The notes below the pieces were generated by a model, which worked only from the letters and a program-made list of their open reading frames with translations, was not told the DNA's origin and searched no databases. A stretch of 64,000 nucleotides of DNA from a virus (Duplodnaviria > Caudoviricetes). Below are positions 57,601-64,000 of this stretch, piece after piece. A program made the position numbers and the translations under genes. How positions within the stretch are numbered: the stretch's first letter is position 1; every line of letters starts with the position of its first letter. The stretch covers positions 32,001 to 96,000 of IMG/VR virus record IMGVR_UViG_3300011423_000006; one strand, given 5' to 3'.

Positions 57601-60600
57601 ACCCGCTTTGAAGTTTAAAGCAATATCGCGCACTTCTAAAGACGCAGAGTTTAATTTGAAAAGTTGAAATGACGCCCCGGTTCCATAACTGTCATAAAGC
57701 GGTTGAGTTAATGCGACCGCCGCACTACCTGAAATTTTTCCAACTTTGCAATATTCACCCGCGTAATAAAAAAATCTCGCAGGATTAAAACCACTTTGTT
57801 GCGTATTATGAATTATAAATACATCGCCAGTACTTAAACTATGAGGGGAACTAAAAGTAATAACATTTGCGCCCGACACCACATTACCACTTAAAGACGG
57901 AAGCGTAGTTAAAAATCCCGATCTATGCATTCCAACATTAGTTCCTAAATCAAAATTTAGAAAAGTTTTATTTGGGCCGTCTCCGAAGAAACTTGTGACA
58001 CCGGTAATACCACTTAATATGTAGGTTCCAGCGGGGAAGAAAACAGTTTTGCTTCCTGTTAAAGCGGTATTAAAAGCTGTTTGCACAGCCGCATTATCGT
58101 TATTAAATCCATCTCCAATAGCTCCATGAGCCTTGACATTAATAAAATAATCTAAAACCGATGTTCCCGATGAACCACCAGTGCCCGAACTTCCTGAGCT
58201 TCCAGAACTTCCCGATGAACCACTTGACCCCGAGCTTCCTGATGTTCCCGATGTTCCCGAGGCCCCGGAACTACCGGAACTACCAGAGCTACCATTAAAA
58301 GGCGAAATACTAGGAGTCGATGAAATCGTTAATCCATTTTCTGAATCTAAGAAATCAATTGCAAAATCGCCCGATAAAGCCGCTTGGTTGAGATATCCCA
58401 CATAAACATCTTCGACGGCAATTTTAGGATAACTCCAAACGGTACCGGTGTTTCCCAATAAAATATGAAAATTCGCAATAGGTAAATGTGTGCCACTGGA
58501 AGCAAATCTGACTCCAGTAAATGGAGCATTACCCCGAATTGAAGCAGAAGGGTTAAACCAGCCCGTAACTTGACCAACACCCGACTGAGAATAAAGATAA
58601 CCACCAATCATGACTTCCCAAGCTCCCTGACTGCTATTATATGTATAACCCCTGATGATTGAATTGATTATATTAAAACGAGTGCCACTTGGGAAACGTA
58701 TTGATAATACACCAGTTAAATTTAAATTAATATCATCACTATAAGCTAAACAATTTTCATGTTTCCAGAATCCATCGGCCCCCCCTAATTTACTAATAGT
58801 TTTTCCAGTAGTAATAAAATGGCCGTTTTCTTCAGAAACGTTAGAACTAGTTGGTAATAAATTATTAAATTTAACTAATTGATTATTATTGCCGGAAAAA
58901 GCGGGCATTACGCTATACCATCCCGTCGAAACTGGAATTGCTCCGTTTCCTCCCGCTTTAAAATAAAACATTGAAGTTGGAGTACAATCCGTTCTACGAT
59001 AAGTTGCTCTGCCAGCGATACCCGAAACTACACCTTCCGGGCTTCCCGCTCCTTCCAAATCCCCTTCAGCATTACCTATATTTGCCCAAGTAAAACTACG
59101 TCCTCCACTAATAGCCGTATTCCCATTCCATTCTAACGATCTTGCTCCGACGATATTCCATGCTGTTCCGTTAAGAGCGGGAGCATTAAATAAACAATTT
59201 TTAACAATAAATCTCTCATTAACAACTACAGCTATTGCACTATTTCCGGGTCCAATGGTAGTAACGCTTGTATTGTATAAAGCAATTGCTCCATTAATTA
59301 AACTCGTAGCATAAAACCCATTATTTCTAATACTATGAATTGTATCCGAAGTAAAAGAAGCAAATCCACCCGAAGAAAAATTTTGCATTTCTACGGCCCC
59401 CGCGCTTGTACTAGGAGCACTACCAAAGTAATAATTATTAGAACTTTTAATATTTCCCGCCGCATTTGTTATTTGTAACGCGCGTCCTGATGGATTATAA
59501 CAAAAATTAGAATCTAAAATTACATCTTTATAACTATCTGCTAATCCGGTGCCCCGTCCTGCAATTCGTATAGCTGGCACATTTCCTACGTGAAAAATTC
59601 TATTATTACTTATAATAGCACGACCATAATCTAATTCGGCATTACCTAAAACACGATTTACATCAACTAAAATACCGCCAATTCCTTCTGTGAGCCCAAT
59701 ACCAGTATAAATTCCAGAAACAAAATTTCCTTCGATTACAGGAGAGAGACTGTTTTGACATTTGATTGTTGCATATTGACTATCAATAAATTGATTATTA
59801 CGAATTATTCCTTTTGCTGTTCCTTCATAAAAATCAATAGCTCCAATATGATTTGAATTACCGGAACGAGGATAACTTTGACCAATTTTTTCAAAATAAC
59901 AATTTTCAATAATAGGCGTAATGATTGTATTAGTTGAAAGTTGGCCTCCAAAAATAAAACCACCGGGAGCTTTAGCCGTATCACTTGGGTAACTTGTTTG
60001 AACAACTCGACAATTTGAAATATAAAAATGAGGATTTATATTACTTGTTACGATAGATACTGCAATAGCCGCCGATAATTCTGATGGACTTGCAAGATAA
60101 TTACCGCCGTGTTCAGCCCCATCAATAAAATTTACATGATCGATATATACGCTGGTCTTTGTAGCAAGGTCCATAATACCAGCGTAAGTATAATTTGTAA
60201 TATTTACATTACGAATATGCATTCCGCTGGAGTTAATTGATAAACAAGCGTATCTACTATTACTAACTCCAGTTAAAACTTGTTGTGATTTATTACCATC
60301 TAAAGTTCCGCCCTCAAAAACCGCACTACAAGGGACGGTATAACTAATCATGTTACTAACTCCGGTCCCTTTATGTTTTAGTCTTGCTCCTTGGGCTAAT
60401 AAAAATCCCACATCTTTACTAACAATTAAATTATCTAGAATATAAATTCCAGAAGAAACATAAATTATACTTTTAGGAGGGGCGGCGGTGATTGTTGCGG
60501 CAAACGAAGTTGTATCATTTGTAAAATCATCTCCCAAAGCCCCATAATCTCTTACATGATAATAAATATCAGTTCCAGAACTTCCGCTACTTCCCCCGGT

Positions 60601-62283
60601 TCCAGACGTACCGCTTGATCCAGCACTACCCGCTGTTCCAGAGCTACCATTAAAAGGAGCGGGAGTTATTGTATCCGTAACCGTAATTCCATTTTCACTA
60701 TTAAGTAGATTTATATCATATAATCCGCTCCAATATTCTTGGTTTGCTTCGCCAGCATATAAATCACTAATACAAATTTGCGGATTTGTCCAAACCGTTC
60801 CAGTATTACCTAATAAAATACAAAAACCGGTGTTATCATATCCGAGGCGAACGTTAGAAAAAGGCGGCGTTCCTTTAATGTGACCAGTATGATTTACCCA
60901 GACATTGGCGGCTCCACCCCAATTAGGATTGCCTCCTAAATCTAAATCCCATACTGAAGTATCAGAGGTATAATTAAACCCGATAATCTTCATTCGCATG
61001 AAAGATTGAATTGCTGTGGTTCCAGTGGCGGGAGTTCTAATTCTTATAGTTCCTGTAGACGAAGACGTAAAAGCAGCATAAGAAGCAACGTTTTCATATC
61101 TCCAAAATTGAAAATCTTGATTTCCAAATTTGTTGATCATTTTTCCACTCTCAACTACCAAACTTCCTTTTGATTCTGATAAAATAGAATTAGTAATTAA
61201 ATTACGGTCGGTAAATTTAGGGAAATAACCCGCCATACCAGTATTACTTACTTCAACAACTCGCGCCCCCGTCCAATATAAATCTCCGCTAAGATTATAA
61301 ATGCGACTCGTAGTAGTTGATGGAGTTACAGTTTGAGGATGCAAAACATTCGGGCTTTGAAAAGTTTGCTCGCCGGTAAATGTATTTGGTAAAAATTTAT
61401 TTGGAAAAATTACTGTATTTGGAATATAGTTACGTTGCCATACTCCAAATTCATTAGCGTAAGTTGTGTAAGTCCCAGAAGGGAAATTAGCGGTAAATCT
61501 TACTCCAAGCACAGTTGCTTGCCAAGTATTACGAGTCCCAATCCAAGTAGTGGTTCCAATCCAATTGGCACTATTAGGAGCTTCGTTATTAATAACTCCC
61601 CAAATACCACCAGTAAATATTTCTACCACCATCCCGGTAGGCCGATTAGTACCAAAACGATGAATATAAAAAGGATACCAATTGGCACTATTCGCGTGAG
61701 CTAAATTTAAGCCCGAAAATTCTATTGTAAAAAATGGAGTATTGGTTGTACCGTTAGTATTAATAATTGCAATAGAGGTTGAATATCCTGAAATATTGGC
61801 TATATTTTCATTTTTATAAAGTGCTTGCGGCGATTCTAAATGCAAGTCGCCGGTTGTAACAGTAACCCGCCCCCCTCTTTCGGTATAATGAGCTAGGACG
61901 TTATGAGTTTTTCCGCCCATAATTCCATTAGAAGCGTCAGTTTCGTTGTTGCCTTTAGTTAAACCGGGTAAATAAAGAAAATCTGCTCCGGTAACAGGAG
62001 AAATAATTCCTGATACTCTTTGAAACATGTCGCCGCCGTCGCGACCAGATGAACCGGCGCTTCCCGATGTTCCCGAAGTGCCAGAAGACCCCGCCGTTCC
62101 AGAAGAACCCGAAGTAGTTGCCGAATTGTCTCCAACAGTTTGAACAACCCACAACCCACTAATTCTGATATAACGGTCTTTAGTGTCCCACTCGTCAAAA
62201 ACCCCACCGTCCATGACGTTGTTTGGTTTTACGTCAAGACTAGTTCCAAAAAACCGATCCCCGGCATAGCGCACGATTGGCAT
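54604..62283 (-). CDS. giant tail fibre/spike-like virion protein with two pectate-lyase-like beta-helix modules and Ser/Thr-Gly repeats
   Basis: V.DYGA.GD..TND and VKAHGA.GDG..ND beta-helix starts; three FW[RK][YH]EN...PFNGSSG modules; SGT/SGS and GAT collagen-like tracts. Confidence 0.85.
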   Translation of the reverse strand: MPIVRYAGDRFFGTSLDVKPNNVMDGGVFDEWDTKDRYIRISGLWVVQTVGDNSATTSGSSGTAGSSGTSGTSGSAGSSGRDGGDMFQRVSGIISPVTGADFLYLPGLTKGNNETDASNGIMGGKTHNVLAHYTERGGRVTVTTGDLHLESPQALYKNENIANISGYSTSIAIINTNGTTNTPFFTIEFSGLNLAHANSANWYPFYIHRFGTNRPTGMVVEIFTGGIWGVINNEAPNSANWIGTTTWIGTRNTWQATVLGVRFTANFPSGTYTTYANEFGVWQRNYIPNTVIFPNKFLPNTFTGEQTFQSPNVLHPQTVTPSTTTSRIYNLSGDLYWTGARVVEVSNTGMAGYFPKFTDRNLITNSILSESKGSLVVESGKMINKFGNQDFQFWRYENVASYAAFTSSSTGTIRIRTPATGTTAIQSFMRMKIIGFNYTSDTSVWDLDLGGNPNWGGAANVWVNHTGHIKGTPPFSNVRLGYDNTGFCILLGNTGTVWTNPQICISDLYAGEANQEYWSGLYDINLLNSENGITVTDTITPAPFNGSSGTAGSAGSSGTSGTGGSSGSSGTDIYYHVRDYGALGDDFTNDTTSFAATITAAPPKSIIYVSSGIYILDNLIVSKDVGFLLAQGARLKHKGTGVSNMISYTVPCSAVFEGGTLDGNKSQQVLTGVSNSRYACLSINSSGMHIRNVNITNYTYAGIMDLATKTSVYIDHVNFIDGAEHGGNYLASPSELSAAIAVSIVTSNINPHFYISNCRVVQTSYPSDTAKAPGGFIFGGQLSTNTIITPIIENCYFEKIGQSYPRSGNSNHIGAIDFYEGTAKGIIRNNQFIDSQYATIKCQNSLSPVIEGNFVSGIYTGIGLTEGIGGILVDVNRVLGNAELDYGRAIISNNRIFHVGNVPAIRIAGRGTGLADSYKDVILDSNFCYNPSGRALQITNAAGNIKSSNNYYFGSAPSTSAGAVEMQNFSSGGFASFTSDTIHSIRNNGFYATSLINGAIALYNTSVTTIGPGNSAIAVVVNERFIVKNCLFNAPALNGTAWNIVGARSLEWNGNTAISGGRSFTWANIGNAEGDLEGAGSPEGVVSGIAGRATYRRTDCTPTSMFYFKAGGNGAIPVSTGWYSVMPAFSGNNNQLVKFNNLLPTSSNVSEENGHFITTGKTISKLGGADGFWKHENCLAYSDDINLNLTGVLSIRFPSGTRFNIINSIIRGYTYNSSQGAWEVMIGGYLYSQSGVGQVTGWFNPSASIRGNAPFTGVRFASSGTHLPIANFHILLGNTGTVWSYPKIAVEDVYVGYLNQAALSGDFAIDFLDSENGLTISSTPSISPFNGSSGSSGSSGASGTSGTSGSSGSSGSSGSSGSSGSSGTGGSSGTSVLDYFINVKAHGAIGDGFNNDNAAVQTAFNTALTGSKTVFFPAGTYILSGITGVTSFFGDGPNKTFLNFDLGTNVGMHRSGFLTTLPSLSGNVVSGANVITFSSPHSLSTGDVFIIHNTQQSGFNPARFFYYAGEYCKVGKISGSAAVALTQPLYDSYGTGASFQLFKLNSASLEVRDIALNFKAGLGASIAGMQLSCVEDVVFDNVHCADSQYANIYVDRGYNLHFSKCRFLDSQPSVGNNYGLAIGNAQKVFITDCHGETTRHVISFGGATGYGCVVNRDILIDKCHLSNVGIGYALDFHGNSEHYKVDQCIIPGGVGFGGDNGTLSNSDVGNFNDSSYCFTFTENCGPNFKISNNNFYASRNFDNGLVSAFARSTNIRPGQAVFSNNTYNLNTFTGTSITSAVQFGIIGAPANSNVSFIFKNEVVKSSLTGVGAIYAYYHSSNTTGVKNFIVDGLVSDTAGILFYRSIENTEFRNLNIKNALNYGILSLAVSNPIYPTHKVSIENSIIEKAKLDGIRLINTTMSGETTIKNNRIVNNGQSTASSSVVMVNADRIWLLNNELGDNQTVPTQNSLYVIQNVTGCLYYRSNENIGREVNSLSPSLSNIRASRDLNPVISGTVNRLVKFTSGDAIGDAPITEEAGDILFHKKQVTQLGGADGFWRYENLTGISSDTFGTTNPITGYCMLTFPSGTRFNMSNIRLQGYTYAAGQGAWDIMLGGYNYADVGSTGWFNTSASIRGSAPFSGVQFAYSGTNMVIPNYHILLGTTGTVWHYPKIALTEVSVGWLNQNLLSGNWKLEFLSTDVTATISSTPTIAPFNGSSGSSGSSGVSGASGTSGTSGSSGSSGSSGTSGTSGTSGISGASGTSGTSGQNGVFGGNSQKYQFSDSITDSDPGSGFLRFNDVDFSTDVTQIYIDDENEDGTDIRSSWIAALDDSTSTIKGSIRLYREFDPTVFVIFNITAANTSATGYIKLNVTYVSSSDGFFANNENIIISFSRTGDLGATGATGATGATGAGGANGTNGTSGSSGTSGTAGTSGVSGAGVDNTSAITYGGGSNFTIPFGGDGTSAPTWTAVAFGSNSPILSIPAGTATYLLDFIFGTTHGSTCSHIFVKFRDTTSAADVANTITPFRQANDQYILRTIASLTGPINVQPYALHSGADDSGGGEPLIISKESHISYIKLA
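55028..55155 (-). repeat. Gly-X-Y collagen-like / SGT repeat (coding)
   Basis: GATGATGATGATGAGGANGTNGTSGSSGTSGTAGTSGVSG. Confidence 0.85.
55545..55700 (-). repeat. SG[ST] tripeptide repeat (coding)
   Basis: GSSGSSGSSGVSGASGTSGTSG... Confidence 0.9.
58160..58293 (-). repeat. SG[ST] tripeptide repeat (coding)
   Basis: GSSGSSGSSGASGTSGTSGSSG... Confidence 0.9.
60575..60650 (-). repeat. SG[ST] tripeptide repeat (coding)
   Basis: GSSGTAGSAGSSGTSGTGGSSGSSGT. Confidence 0.85.
62045..62120 (-). repeat. SG[ST] tripeptide repeat (coding)
   Basis: TTSGSSGTAGSSGTSGTSGSAGSSG. Confidence 0.85.
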
Positions 62284-62303
62284 TTTTAATTCCTTTTACC
62301 TTA

Positions 62304-62318
62304 ACTATATATTACACT
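62304..62318 (-). promoter_or_regulatory. putative late promoter followed by an AAGG-rich leader
   Basis: AGTGTAATATATAGT then TAAGGTAAAAGGAATTAAAAATG. Confidence 0.6.
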
Positions 62319-64000
62319 AAATTATTTGATTTTAGTGTTTTTATAACTGTTTCTGGAGTAATAGACTTAGAACAAACAAAATCTTGATTTCGGGGGCACC
62401 ATTTCCAGTTTCCGGGGTCAAACCTATGGTTTTGATCATTCCAGCAACTATTACATAAATAATTGTTATGAATACGAATACAATCGAACTCATTCCAAGG
62501 GGCCGTAAACCCAGAAATCATTACAACCTTCTTACCTAAGGCCCAAGCTAACCAAGGAACGCCCGAACTAACTCCAATAACAAATTCAGCATGTCTTAAA
62601 TAATTAATAGCAGCTTCAATATTTTCATGAGAAAAATAATCTATATTTTTTAAATCTGTTTGTTCTTTTTGAACTAAAGCTATTTTAAATCCTTCCTTTT
62701 TGAGATAGTTGATTAAGGTTTGCCAGCCTTCAGGATGATTCCAAAATTTAGCTTGTGCGGTTGAATTTACGCTAATTGCGACGTATTTTTGAGGAATAAT
62801 TCGTTTAGTAACCGGAAAATGAATTTTGGGGGCGATTTCTTTATAATCCAATCCTAAAATATCAGAGGCAATTCTTTGAAGCGGTATTGTGCGTGGGTCA
62901 GTTTTATGTCTAAATCGATCAGAAGGAACGAAAAACCCAATGTTATACATTGCATACATATCATTAACGGTCGTTCCCGGCGCGACGAACTCGATTTGTG
63001 GATATGTGTCAACAAACAAATGATTCCAAAAAGTAGAACAAACAATCTGACAATTATGTTTTTTACGGAATTCTTCTACATAAGGAAACCATGCAATCGT
63101 GTCTCCCAAAGCTTTGCTATCTAAATGTATGTAAATTTTTTTATTGGTCGCCTCATAATAATGTTTGTGTAATATTTTTCCCTGAAGGTTTTTTACTCGT
63201 ATTTCATAATTTATAAAATATTTGAAATTAGTTTTAGACCAAGTGTTGGATTTTAATGTAGTAGAATAAAGAGTTTTTTGTTCATTTCTGTCTATGAATT
63301 CTACATTGTAAGTATTATTAGAATATCCTTTGATTTCAAAGAAAGCTCCATCAATAAAATTAATATTAAATTCATCTTTGACGGGCTTGCTGCCAGCTTG
63401 AGGATTAAAAGAAGACGTATCGTAAATAGTTTTTAAACTTGTTTGAAACTTATTATAATTAAAAGATTCTTTAATATCTAAAACAGATTGGTAGATGTTT
63501 TCTAATTTTTTAGTAATAATTGAGTAATCATGGGCGCGGGCGGTATTTAAAGCGGCTTGATAATAACTGCTATAATCTTTTTGTATTTTTAAAATTGCTT
63601 CTTTAATTTCTTGCAAATTATGACGCGAGACTTTAACCAGTCCCGGCAATTCTGGCCCCGAATAAGTTGCAATTACCGGATTTCCGCACGCCATAGCTTC
63701 TAAAAGTGTAAGGTTGGGGTGCCCCGCTTCTAATTCACTTAAATGTAAAAAAATACTATGATTAGAATATAGATCGCGCAGTTTTTCGTCATTAAAATCA
63801 TAGAGAACGCTTAATTTATTGTATGTTGGACGTAGTTTTTCAAAATAGGCTTGATTGTTTTGAGTCGGCCCCGCAATAGTTATCTCCATGTTTAATGATT
63901 GAGCAACTTTAATAGCCATTTCAAAGCCTTTTCGGTCTGCGGTTAAATCATCTGCATAACCATTGTTTGCCACACATAATAATTGTTTACCAGTAGAAGT
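62312..64000 (-). CDS. GT4 domain fused to an Aah/TibC-type autotransporter O-heptosyltransferase (5' partial)
   Basis: EAGHPNLTLLEAMACG; then NFIDG, ALGDTIAWFPY..EF..KH.C, STAQAKFWN.P.GW, FVIG.SSG..WLAWA and CNSCW...WCPR...F.CSK iron-binding Cys; frame open to the window end. Confidence 0.88.
   Translation of the reverse strand, partial: TSTGKQLLCVANNGYADDLTADRKGFEMAIKVAQSLNMEITIAGPTQNNQAYFEKLRPTYNKLSVLYDFNDEKLRDLYSNHSIFLHLSELEAGHPNLTLLEAMACGNPVIATYSGPELPGLVKVSRHNLQEIKEAILKIQKDYSSYYQAALNTARAHDYSIITKKLENIYQSVLDIKESFNYNKFQTSLKTIYDTSSFNPQAGSKPVKDEFNINFIDGAFFEIKGYSNNTYNVEFIDRNEQKTLYSTTLKSNTWSKTNFKYFINYEIRVKNLQGKILHKHYYEATNKKIYIHLDSKALGDTIAWFPYVEEFRKKHNCQIVCSTFWNHLFVDTYPQIEFVAPGTTVNDMYAMYNIGFFVPSDRFRHKTDPRTIPLQRIASDILGLDYKEIAPKIHFPVTKRIIPQKYVAISVNSTAQAKFWNHPEGWQTLINYLKKEGFKIALVQKEQTDLKNIDYFSHENIEAAINYLRHAEFVIGVSSGVPWLAWALGKKVVMISGFTAPWNEFDCIRIHNNYLCNSCWNDQNHRFDPGNWKWCPRNQDFVCSKSITPETVIKTLKSNNLV

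Noticed and set aside
55004-58405. plus-strand PE/PD-repeat ORFs (55004, 55520, 58181)
   Set aside because: Antisense shadows of the SG repeats in the fibre gene.
1-64000. CRISPR array, rRNA, IS elements, inteins, alternative genetic code
   Set aside because: No spaced direct repeats, rRNA, transposase or intein motifs seen. Conserved genes are intact under code 11 apart from the single nrdJ frameshift. Other short overlapping ORFs in the track are treated as spurious.

Overview
AT-rich segment of a large (jumbo-type) dsDNA bacteriophage genome, read with the standard genetic code. (1) 1-12.2 kb, minus strand: small accessory and nucleotide-metabolism genes (Macro, Nudix, two SLOG, HD-like, BCS1-like AAA+, thyA, dCMP deaminase, dUTPase). 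(2) A strand switch at ~12.2 kb that holds a ~550-nt structured non-coding region with its own promoter. (3) 12.9-54.5 kb, plus strand: RNase H, HNH, dNMP kinase, sigma factor, a frameshifted class II RNR, a ~18-kb glycan-biosynthesis island (many glycosyl- and methyltransferases, gmd, ribB, transaldolase) and a replication module (RecA, DnaB, primase, three-part Pol III, DNA MTase, SSB/annealase-like genes). (4) 54.6-64 kb, minus strand: a 2559-aa Ser/Thr-Gly-rich fibre protein next to an Aah/TibC-type protein O-heptosyltransferase. The best candidates for new biology are: a circularly permuted tRNA-like (Y-RNA-like topology) RNA with a hexamer-repeat domain directly after an uncharacterised helical protein gene (850-1823); the large ncRNA upstream of RNase H; a second ~130-nt ncRNA behind a putative late promoter; and a probable virion O-glycosylation system. 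All family calls are by motif recognition and all pairings were found by eye. No searches or folding were run.
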